Source of the DNA: Christensenellales bacterium
Lineage (GTDB): Bacteria; Bacillota; Clostridia; Christensenellales; CAG-917
NCBI GenBank assembly: GCA_045130665.1
Contig: JBGUQC010000004.1
Location: forward strand, 507,217 to 571,216
Direction of reading: 5' to 3'
DNA: 64,000 bases
A program made the position numbers and the translations under genes. Shown one piece after another: positions 17,426 to 25,667 of the stretch (its first letter is position 1; every line of letters begins with the position of its first letter). Under the pieces are notes generated by a model. It saw nothing but the letters and a program-made list of their open reading frames with translations, was not told the origin of the DNA and made no database searches.

Positions 17426-18406
17426 TTATTCCCACTCAATTGTTCCAGTTGGCTTTGGTGTGATATCAAATAATACTCTGTTTACACCTTTAACTTCAGC
17501 TAAGATTCTGTCTCTAATGTGGAATAAAATTCCATAAGGAATTTCCTCAACTGTTGCACAGATTGCATCCTTGGTATTGATTGCTCTGATAACTACTGCC
17601 CATTCAACTGTTCTCTTGTTATCTTTTATACCTACAGATTTCATATCTGGAACTACTGTGAAGTATTGCCATACTTTGCCAGCTAAGCCATTCTTTGCAA
17701 ATTCTTCTCTTAAGATTGCATCGCTTTCTCTTACTGCTTCTAATCTATCTCTTGTGATAGCACCAACACATCTTACTCCTAAACCTGGGCCTGGGAATGG
17801 TTGTCTGTATACCATTGAATCTGGTAATCCTAACTCTTTACCAACTACTCTAACTTCATCTTTAAACAATAGTTTAACTGGTTCAACTAATTCGAAGTTA
17901 AGTTCTTCTGGAAGACCACCAACGTTGTGATGAGCTTTAATACCCTTACTTTCTAAGATGTCTGGATAAATTGTTCCTTGTGCTAAGAATTTAATTCCTT
18001 CAATCTTCTTTGCTTCTTCAGCAAATACATCAATGAATTCTTTTCCAATTATCTTTCTCTTTGTTTCTGGATCATCTACTCCAGCTAATTTATCCAAGAA
18101 TCTGTCTACTGCATCTACATAAATAAGAGTTGCGCCTAATTCCTCTTTGAATACCTTGATAACTTGTTCTGGCTCACCTTTACGAAGTAAACCGTGGTTT
18201 ACGTGAACACAAACTAAGTTCTTGCCGATAGCTTTAATTAATAATGCAGCAACAACGGATGAGTCTACACCACCAGATAATGCTAATAAAACTTTTCCAT
18301 CTCCAACTTGCTTTTTGATAAGTTCTACTTGCTCATCGATGAATGCTTTTGCTAATTCGCTAGTTTCGATTCTTTTCATCTCAACTGGTCTAACTGATTC
18401 GCTCAT
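17426..18406 (-). CDS. guaA: GMP synthase ATP-pyrophosphatase/dimerisation portion only (no glutamine amidotransferase domain)
   Basis: 326 aa. PP-loop LALSGGVDSSV, HHNVGGLP, and the C-terminal ...KPTGTIEWE end that is colinear with roughly residue 200 to the end of full-length GuaA. Confidence 0.85.
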   Translation of the reverse strand: MSESVRPVEMKRIETSELAKAFIDEQVELIKKQVGDGKVLLALSGGVDSSVVAALLIKAIGKNLVCVHVNHGLLRKGEPEQVIKVFKEELGATLIYVDAVDRFLDKLAGVDDPETKRKIIGKEFIDVFAEEAKKIEGIKFLAQGTIYPDILESKGIKAHHNVGGLPEELNFELVEPVKLLFKDEVRVVGKELGLPDSMVYRQPFPGPGLGVRCVGAITRDRLEAVRESDAILREEFAKNGLAGKVWQYFTVVPDMKSVGIKDNKRTVEWAVVIRAINTKDAICATVEEIPYGILFHIRDRILAEVKGVNRVLFDITPKPTGTIEWE

Positions 18407-18432
18407 TTAAATAATCCTCCAAGTTTTTTACC

Positions 18433-18462
18433 ATTATAATATCTTATTTTACCATTAGTAAA
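18433..18462 (-). promoter_or_regulatory. Candidate promoter for guaA
   Basis: Minus-strand reading is TTTACT-18 nt-TATAAT, followed by a GGAGG RBS. Only 73 nt of intergenic space. Confidence 0.45.
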
Positions 18463-18479
18463 ATACTTTTTTTATAAAA

Positions 18480-20471
18480 TCACAACTTAATTGTTTCAAA
18501 TAAAGATGCAAATTTCCCATCTGCTCTATAGAATGCAATTGGCATACCCAAAGGTGCATCAACTTTAATCTCTTTTGAACCTTCGAATTCTTTGTTAACA
18601 AAGAATTGTTTCCAATTTCCGCTTGGTAAATGTACTATTCTTTCTGTAGCATGTCTTGCAATAACTGGACATACAAAAATTTCATCACCAAGGAAATAAC
18701 TATATAATTCCTTGCGGAGTGAGAAATCATTATCCTCATAGAAGTCTGGTCTCATTACTGGAATACCTTCATGTGCTTGCTTTGCACATTCTTTAAGATA
18801 TGGGGTTAATGCTACGTGTACATTTGTTAATTTTGCAGTGTTCTCTATTATTGCATCATCATATGGTTGAGAATTTGCCTCTGGTCTAATGGTTTCATGA
18901 GATCTCATAACCATTGAGAATGTATTCATTTCCATCCATCGAGTAAATATTTCTGGATCTCTTTGTAATTTTTGGAAGCTAATAAATCCTCCAATATCGC
19001 TATGAACCATGCTCATACCACTAAATCCTAAATTAAATGAAGCAGGAATAGTACATGGCATACCATAATCCTTTGTAAAGTCTGTATGTTGGTCTCCATT
19101 CCACATCATTGTTGTGTATTTTTGAGATCCATTGTATGTTGAACGAGTAAAGAAGAAAGTTTCTTCTTTTCTTTCATGTGAATCTACTGCTTCTCTATTC
19201 AATCTTGCCCATAATGTTGGCCATTCATTGTGTAATATCTTTGCATCTCCATTGTATAAGACACTATCTACTGGCAAATATTCACCAAAATCTGCCATAT
19301 ATCCATCTATGCCTAAATCTAGCATATTTTTCTTAATTAATGTTTCTTTGAGATACTCAACCATCTCTGGATTTGTTAAATCCATCATACCCGCATCAAA
19401 AGTTGTACTCTTGACATGATAAATCTCACCTTTTTGAGTCTTGATGAGATAACCCTTATCTTTGCAATAATTGTATAAAGGACCATCCTTTACTAAATAT
19501 GGATTGATGTATCCTAGGAATCTAATTCCCTTTTCTTTTAGAGCTGAAATTCTATTTTTGAGGTCTGGATAAAGTGATGAATCTACCTCCCAATTCCAGT
19601 ATACTTGTTTGCCTGCAGCAGTGATCTTTTTACCAGACCAATCTTGACACCAAACAGATGAAACTTTTGCACCAGAATTTATGAGCTTATTTGCCATTTC
19701 TTCTGCTCTATCAATACCACCTTGAACACCCAAAATTAAGCCATTGTAGACCCACTCTGGAATGTACTCATTATTAGGTATATCTTCGTTCAATCTTTTT
19801 GCTATTTCTTTGAAGTTTTTACCTAATACATATAGCGCAGATTTAGGGCAACCATCGTATCTAAATTTAAGAATATTCTTGTTTTTGAAATCTTGTATTC
19901 CATAGTTAGATACATCAAAACGAATAGCATACATTTTTGATGAAACAAAAGTGGACATTGGTGCATAAGTATCAATTTTAAAGTGACCTTTTTCCTTGTA
20001 AGGCATGAAGCTTAGAAGTGTCTTTTGAATGATTGGCCAAATAACGATATGTTCCGAAACACAGTTTTTAACTATCTCATTCTTGAGGTTTAACTGGCGA
20101 TATTGCTCACCACCACCAAAAATCGCTTCGTCTGGATCTCCTACAAAATTGAACTCAAAACCTAAATCTTTGGAATCTGTATCAAAACTAAAACGTAGTG
20201 CATTATTCTCAACATTTACCATTACTTTGATGGCGATATTTTGTGCACTAAATATAATAACAAGTTCGTTATTTGACTTAGATTCTATCTCATATTCGTT
20301 TAATAATATTCTCTTTTTAATTGTCTCCTTAACCTGAAAATTTCCGTGGCTTGTGGAGTACTTATAATTAGCCTTAATTGCACTAATAAATGGGTGCATT
20401 TCTGTGTGCGTAAACACTGTTTTATTATTGTAAATTAGAGATAGTTCATTGTCCTTAATTATTAGATTCAT
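18480..20471 (-). CDS. Glycoside hydrolase family 31, YihQ-like subfamily (non-sulfoquinovosidase variant)
   Basis: 663 aa. GH31 nucleophile context GYMADFGEYLP and acid/base context MWNGDQH. WCQDWSGKKITAAGKQVYWNW block is colinear with the YihQ Q288..R301..W304 block, but with Gln at the Arg position. Confidence 0.75.
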   Translation of the reverse strand: MNLIIKDNELSLIYNNKTVFTHTEMHPFISAIKANYKYSTSHGNFQVKETIKKRILLNEYEIESKSNNELVIIFSAQNIAIKVMVNVENNALRFSFDTDSKDLGFEFNFVGDPDEAIFGGGEQYRQLNLKNEIVKNCVSEHIVIWPIIQKTLLSFMPYKEKGHFKIDTYAPMSTFVSSKMYAIRFDVSNYGIQDFKNKNILKFRYDGCPKSALYVLGKNFKEIAKRLNEDIPNNEYIPEWVYNGLILGVQGGIDRAEEMANKLINSGAKVSSVWCQDWSGKKITAAGKQVYWNWEVDSSLYPDLKNRISALKEKGIRFLGYINPYLVKDGPLYNYCKDKGYLIKTQKGEIYHVKSTTFDAGMMDLTNPEMVEYLKETLIKKNMLDLGIDGYMADFGEYLPVDSVLYNGDAKILHNEWPTLWARLNREAVDSHERKEETFFFTRSTYNGSQKYTTMMWNGDQHTDFTKDYGMPCTIPASFNLGFSGMSMVHSDIGGFISFQKLQRDPEIFTRWMEMNTFSMVMRSHETIRPEANSQPYDDAIIENTAKLTNVHVALTPYLKECAKQAHEGIPVMRPDFYEDNDFSLRKELYSYFLGDEIFVCPVIARHATERIVHLPSGNWKQFFVNKEFEGSKEIKVDAPLGMPIAFYRADGKFASLFETIKL

Positions 20472-21495
20472 TTTCGCCCCCTAAATCATCATTTTCTTGC
20501 TTATTTTCAAGCTCATTTATATGCTTAATTTCGCCCTCATTTGGGATTTCAGATAAGCCCATTTCTGTTTGCTTAATAACCTTCTCGTGTTTCTTTAATT
20601 TAACATGAATAACAACTATTACAGCACCAATTAACATAATGCCAATTCCTAGTCCTTGAAGCCATGTTACCTTCTCTCCATCTACTAATACACCAAGAAT
20701 TAAACTAATTACTGGAATAACCAATAAAGCAAGTTTTACTTGCCATACTTGCATTCTGTCTAAATTGTAATAGTAGAAGATGTATATACATGTTTGAGCT
20801 AAACCACCAACTACGAATAAAATGTAGAATACATAATTAAGTTTAACTGCACCTAATAGCTTAAAGTCTCCACTGATAAAGGATGCTAGTGTAAACAACA
20901 CTAGAACTACCATGTTGTTGTAATAAGCTATCATATCTGATTTTACATGATATACGTTCTTTGCATGCTTAATAATGAATGCATCTATAGTTACACTTAT
21001 TGCTGAAGCAATAAAGAATAAATCATACCAGTTAAAACTAAAGTTTTTACTACCAACTCCTAGAACCAAAATAACACCACCAAGCATTATTAATGATCCT
21101 ATCCATTCTTTCGCATGTAATTTATGTTTGAAAATTACAACAGTTATAACATTTGTCATAATAATATCAGTTTTTAATAATACTGCACCCGTGCTTAGGT
21201 TGCCATACTTAAATCCAATATTAGCAAATAAGTCTGTTGTAAATCCAAGAACTCCAATTAGCAATAAAATCCATGTGATTTTGCCTTGTTTAAAGAGTTC
21301 TCTAAATTCTTTTTTACAAAGTAAAAACACTGTTAAGAATACAAAAGCAGCACCTCTTAATAGCATGCCTGCAACAAATGCAGAATCTAGGTAGTCTACA
21401 ACCCAATTTGAAATAAATAGATATGCGGCCCATACTACATCCATTAAAACAATAGCAGATGTTTTCTTAACAGAAGTCTTTACGAATGAATACAT
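20455..21495 (-). CDS. DMT-superfamily (EamA-like) transporter with acidic C-terminal tail
   Basis: 346 aa, about 10 TM helices in two EamA-like halves. Start overlaps the GH31 gene by 17 nt. Confidence 0.7.
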   Translation of the reverse strand: MYSFVKTSVKKTSAIVLMDVVWAAYLFISNWVVDYLDSAFVAGMLLRGAAFVFLTVFLLCKKEFRELFKQGKITWILLLIGVLGFTTDLFANIGFKYGNLSTGAVLLKTDIIMTNVITVVIFKHKLHAKEWIGSLIMLGGVILVLGVGSKNFSFNWYDLFFIASAISVTIDAFIIKHAKNVYHVKSDMIAYYNNMVVLVLFTLASFISGDFKLLGAVKLNYVFYILFVVGGLAQTCIYIFYYYNLDRMQVWQVKLALLVIPVISLILGVLVDGEKVTWLQGLGIGIMLIGAVIVVIHVKLKKHEKVIKQTEMGLSEIPNEGEIKHINELENKQENDDLGGENESNN

Positions 21496-21498
21496 ATA

Positions 21499-22818
21499 TT
21501 ATAAAACCTCAATATTCATAAGTTTTGCAAATATTGCAAAAGGTTTTGTGAAATCACCATATACCATAGATACATGATGTGCTATTCCAGAATATATTAC
21601 TCTGTCTAAAACAGACTTCATATCATGTTCAAATTTAACCTTTGCATATGTTCCAGCTAAAATCTTATCCATTGGAAGTGCCGTTCCCTTCTCTTGTAAG
21701 AGTCTGTACTTGCCGTTAACGCTATCTAGTCTTGCCATGTTAATATCACCGTATTTCATTACAAAACCTGCTGTAACGCCCTTACCGCCTGCAAAATAAG
21801 TATCTAATGTTGGCGTACAAATTCCATCACATAGTGAACATGGAGCAACGCCATCATGCCACATAAGTGCTGTTCCTTCCTCTAGATTTACTTGAGATAA
21901 GTCTGCCATAAATGGTGTAATTGCACCACTTGCCCTATGGGCAAGCATTGTTAAACCACAATCAATATCTCCTTCGCATGCGATTATATATCCTTCATCT
22001 TGAAGTAAAGACATTGCTGCACATGGTGAAATACCGAATCCAGCTGCAAATTCTGGCCAACAACGAATAGCAAGAACTGTTATCTTCTTGTCTTGTATAA
22101 AGTTCTTTAACTTAGAACAAAGAGATGTTACTTTATTTACTTGATCTTCAGTAATTCCACTTATATTGAAAATCTTTCTGATTTTTGCGTCATAGAAAGC
22201 TTTAGCTTTCTCATCCTCTGCATAATTAAATACTTCAGACAATTCATAGTGGTTTACAAGACATCCAAATTGTTTATAAGTTGCAAGTTCATCAATTCCA
22301 ACATTAAAGAAACCATCTGCTCTATAACCAATAATACCTACATTTGCATTCTTAAGAGCAACCATCATACGAATTGCATCTAACCAATCTTCATCTATTT
22401 TGTTAGATACTGTATATGTGAAATCCTTATATCCTGCTTTTGTTAAGTTACTTGCATTAAGGTTTACACCACATACTGAGTTAAGTCTGATTTTGCCGCC
22501 GTTATATGGAAGTTCTGGTAGACCCCATAATAAAAGTGGTTTATCACAAATCTTCTTAATTTCAAGAACTAAATGTCCAAGATGGAATGTTCCAGAAATA
22601 ACAGCAACTGCATCAACTAAATTAGATGCAAAATACTTTCCTACTTCAATTGCTTCATCTTGTGTTTGTATTGTTTTTTCATAAGCACATACATCCAATG
22701 CTTCAACCTTAGATAAGTCTTCTAAGATGCCTTTGTATAATTCTGCAGCTGCATTGAAATCAAATGTGTGTCTTGTTAAACATACTACACCAAGTTTAAT
22801 TTTTTGCTTCATTTTCAT
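21499..22818 (-). CDS. L-fucose/L-arabinose isomerase-family protein (aldose-ketose isomerase, substrate unknown)
   Basis: 439 aa. The N-terminal KLGVVCLTRHTFDF...AVISGTFHLGHL layout and length fit the short FucI-like (COG2407) group. Confidence 0.6.
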   Translation of the reverse strand: MKMKQKIKLGVVCLTRHTFDFNAAAELYKGILEDLSKVEALDVCAYEKTIQTQDEAIEVGKYFASNLVDAVAVISGTFHLGHLVLEIKKICDKPLLLWGLPELPYNGGKIRLNSVCGVNLNASNLTKAGYKDFTYTVSNKIDEDWLDAIRMMVALKNANVGIIGYRADGFFNVGIDELATYKQFGCLVNHYELSEVFNYAEDEKAKAFYDAKIRKIFNISGITEDQVNKVTSLCSKLKNFIQDKKITVLAIRCWPEFAAGFGISPCAAMSLLQDEGYIIACEGDIDCGLTMLAHRASGAITPFMADLSQVNLEEGTALMWHDGVAPCSLCDGICTPTLDTYFAGGKGVTAGFVMKYGDINMARLDSVNGKYRLLQEKGTALPMDKILAGTYAKVKFEHDMKSVLDRVIYSGIAHHVSMVYGDFTKPFAIFAKLMNIEVL

Positions 22819-23927
22819 ACCTCGAATATTTTCTTTAATAATATATGCTTAGCACCTGATAGTGCCTTTAATTGTTTCTCTTCTCCTATAGATTCTATAG
22901 TACAATCATTATTAAAACCTAAGGAATATATCTTATCTACTATCTTTTTATAGAGTTTGGTTTGAGCAAAAATACCACCTGTTAAAAGTATCCTCTTTGG
23001 ATCTGTAAACATTGAAATATTTAGTATTGAAAGAGCTAAATAATCAATACATTTATCTAGTATTTTTGTTGCAGTTTTATCCTTTTCATAATTATTGTAT
23101 ATTTGCAGAATAGATAGTTTATCTCCTGTTTCTGTATAGTACAAGTCCTCAATGTGCCATTCTGCGACATAAGCTTCTAAACATCCTTTCTTGCCGCATC
23201 TACACTCAATTCCATTCTTTTCTACTATGGTATGACCTATCTCTCCAGCGTTATTATTTTCTCCGTTTACGACCTTCCCATCTGCAACAATTGCACATCC
23301 AATTCCTGGTGAATGCTTAATTAACATGTAGTTATCATCACTAGATGTAAGTAGAGCTCTTGCTTGTGCTTGGATATTATTAATTACAGATACTGAAATA
23401 CCTAAATTTGTTTCAAGAATTTGCTCTAAAGGAGTATTCTTTTCTAAAATGCCAAAACTATTTATAGATATTCCATCCTTTACAATTCCTACTATTCCAA
23501 CACCAATACCAACTAGATTATTTTGCTTAGAAATAATGTCTTTTAAGATAGCTATTAATTTGTCTAGGATCTTGTTAGGAATTAATTCTTTTGTATTAAA
23601 TACCTTTTCTTCATGTAATCCATCTAATCCACAAATGGATATATGTGTATAATCCGTTTCAATATTTAGACCTATTGCTACATCCTTTTTTAAATTGAGT
23701 TTAATAAGTACTTCTGGTCTTCCTGCGCCACGTACAATACTCTTACCTTCACTCACTTCATTATTTTGTTCTAATTCATTTATTAATTGTGTAATTGAAG
23801 GTGTAGTTAATCCTAATTCCTTTGCAAGTTGTAGCCTAGACATCTCACCCTTTGTCCAAAGAGTGAATTTGACATTGGCTTTATTACTTTTTCTCAAAGT
23901 TTTTGGATTCTTGATATAGGATGTCAT
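22815..23927 (-). CDS. ROK-family transcriptional repressor (NagC/XylR type)
   Basis: 370 aa. N-terminal wHTH (RLQLAKELGLTTPSITQLINELE), ROK zinc motif GHT...CRCGKKGCLEAY. The N-terminal phosphate-1 motif is degenerate (GLNIETDYT), which argues against kinase activity. Confidence 0.75.
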   Translation of the reverse strand: MTSYIKNPKTLRKSNKANVKFTLWTKGEMSRLQLAKELGLTTPSITQLINELEQNNEVSEGKSIVRGAGRPEVLIKLNLKKDVAIGLNIETDYTHISICGLDGLHEEKVFNTKELIPNKILDKLIAILKDIISKQNNLVGIGVGIVGIVKDGISINSFGILEKNTPLEQILETNLGISVSVINNIQAQARALLTSSDDNYMLIKHSPGIGCAIVADGKVVNGENNNAGEIGHTIVEKNGIECRCGKKGCLEAYVAEWHIEDLYYTETGDKLSILQIYNNYEKDKTATKILDKCIDYLALSILNISMFTDPKRILLTGGIFAQTKLYKKIVDKIYSLGFNNDCTIESIGEEKQLKALSGAKHILLKKIFEV

Positions 23928-25045
23928 CTTAGGTTATTAAACATTTCCTCTAATTGTTCTTTATTGAGTATAACTGTATTGTTATTAAATAATGGTTCGT
24001 TTGCACACTTTTCTGCCATAAATGCTACATCATCTATTCCAGCATCCTTTAGTGTTAACTTCATTCCCATCTCTTTCTTTAGTTCATATACTCTATTTGC
24101 CATATCATCGATGCTATCAAATCCAATTTCTTTAGCTAAATATGTCATTCTTTGATAATCAGCCTTTCCATTAATACGTATAAATGAATCTAAAGTAAAT
24201 GCACATGCCTCACCATGACATAAATGCTTATACATTGAAAGTGGATAAGAACAAGCATGAACTCCAGCTGTTCTTGTTGGAGCGAATGCAAGCCCTGCAA
24301 TTAATGATCCCAAAGACATTTCTTCTCTTGCCTTTGCATTATTTCCATCTTTATATGCATCTAATAAATTGCCAAAAATCTTCTTTAATGCTGTTATTGC
24401 TAAGCCATCTGAAATTGGATTATGTGCCTTGCACCAATATGCTTCCATAGCATGTGCCATTGCATCCAATCCAGTTGTTGCAGTTACAAAAGGAGGCAAC
24501 GAGTGTGTCAAATTAGGGTCTACAAGTGCCGTATGTGCAAAAAAGACTTCTCTTGCTAGAGCAACCTTGTCACCTGTTTTGTCATTTGTACAAACAGATA
24601 CAGATGTCACTTCGCTTCCTGTTCCTGCAGTTGTTGGGATAACAATTAATGGTATAGGCTTTTTAGTAAATGCCTTACGTCCATAGAAATAATCTAAGAT
24701 ATCTCCTTCCTCATAAACCATTGCACAAGCAAACTTTGCAAGGTCCATTGAAGATCCTCCTCCCATAGCAACAACATAATCTGCTTTGCTCTTAATAATT
24801 AGCTCACATGCTTTAAGAACTTCGCTAATTAATGGATTTGGTGTGATGTCTGAATATACATCTACCAAAGAAGATGTAATATCAATTAACTTTTGTGCAT
24901 ATCCATTATTTACAAATAGTTTATCGCAAACAAGTAAGCCTTTTTTAAATCCATACTTATCGGCTAATTCTTGTATTCTTTCTGCTTTGCCTTCACCAAA
25001 TTCAATACGAACTGGTTGAGATATTGCAAAATTGTATTCTGCCAT
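23924..25045 (-). CDS. Iron-containing (group III) alcohol dehydrogenase, FucO/lactaldehyde-reductase-like
   Basis: 373 aa. GGGSSMDLAK, PTTAGTGSE, and His-rich metal site (HAMEAY...H). Confidence 0.8.
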   Translation of the reverse strand: MAEYNFAISQPVRIEFGEGKAERIQELADKYGFKKGLLVCDKLFVNNGYAQKLIDITSSLVDVYSDITPNPLISEVLKACELIIKSKADYVVAMGGGSSMDLAKFACAMVYEEGDILDYFYGRKAFTKKPIPLIVIPTTAGTGSEVTSVSVCTNDKTGDKVALAREVFFAHTALVDPNLTHSLPPFVTATTGLDAMAHAMEAYWCKAHNPISDGLAITALKKIFGNLLDAYKDGNNAKAREEMSLGSLIAGLAFAPTRTAGVHACSYPLSMYKHLCHGEACAFTLDSFIRINGKADYQRMTYLAKEIGFDSIDDMANRVYELKKEMGMKLTLKDAGIDDVAFMAEKCANEPLFNNNTVILNKEQLEEMFNNLR

Positions 25046-25058
25046 AGTATACCTCTAA

Positions 25059-25535
25059 TTATTTGTTATAAATGTTATCTTCCAAATCTTTTACTTTTGC
25101 TGCAGCATTTGTGAGCCAACCTTTTCTCCATTCTTCTAAATCTTGTAAGAAATCTGTTTGGAGGAAAACTCTTGCCATTTGGATTCCCATTTCTGGAGCA
25201 ACAACCCATCCGCCCATACAAAGAATTTGTGCATTGTTTATAGCTCTTGCCATTTTTGCTGTATATATTCCTTCAGCAACTACAGCATGAACTCCTTCAT
25301 ATTTGTTTGCTACGATATTCATTCCAGCGCCTGTACCACAAACAAGAATTGCTCTATCATATGTTCCGTTTTGTACTAATGGTGCGATATCGCTTGCAAC
25401 TTGGTAAAAAGGATGAACTTCCTCAAGTGATGTTGTTCCTAAATCATCTACGCTATATCCTTGTTCAATTAAATCTGCTTTAATTGCTTCTTTGAGTCCG
25501 AAACCGGATTTGTCTGAACCTAATGCTATCTTCAT
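25059..25535 (-). CDS. RpiB/LacA/LacB-family sugar(-phosphate) isomerase
   Basis: 158 aa. MKIALGSDKSGF...ILVCGTGAGMNIVANK signature. First gene of the operon. Confidence 0.8.
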   Translation of the reverse strand: MKIALGSDKSGFGLKEAIKADLIEQGYSVDDLGTTSLEEVHPFYQVASDIAPLVQNGTYDRAILVCGTGAGMNIVANKYEGVHAVVAEGIYTAKMARAINNAQILCMGGWVVAPEMGIQMARVFLQTDFLQDLEEWRKGWLTNAAAKVKDLEDNIYNK

Positions 25536-25667
25536 AATTTAACTCCTAAATAATTAATTAAAGGTTTTAATTAAATTATAGCCCATATGTTCACAAAGTC
25601 AAGGCTATATTGAATTATTAACAAAATAATATTATTATTTATATATTACATGCATAAGAGGGAAAAT

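Noticed and set aside
18486-18501. A third copy of the rhamnose-box core (aattgtttcaaat) at the 3' end of the GH31 gene
   Set aside because: It is a single half site inside coding sequence (encodes ...ETIKL-stop), with no second repeat 20 bp away and no downstream gene to regulate. It is most likely a chance match in AT-rich DNA.
18480-20471. Calling the GH31 a sulfoquinovosidase (YihQ) and the operon a sulfoglycolysis locus
   Set aside because: Colinear mapping puts Gln and Phe at the positions of the sulfonate-binding Arg301 and Tyr508. The operon also lacks any sulfofructose kinase, aldolase, transaldolase or transketolase.
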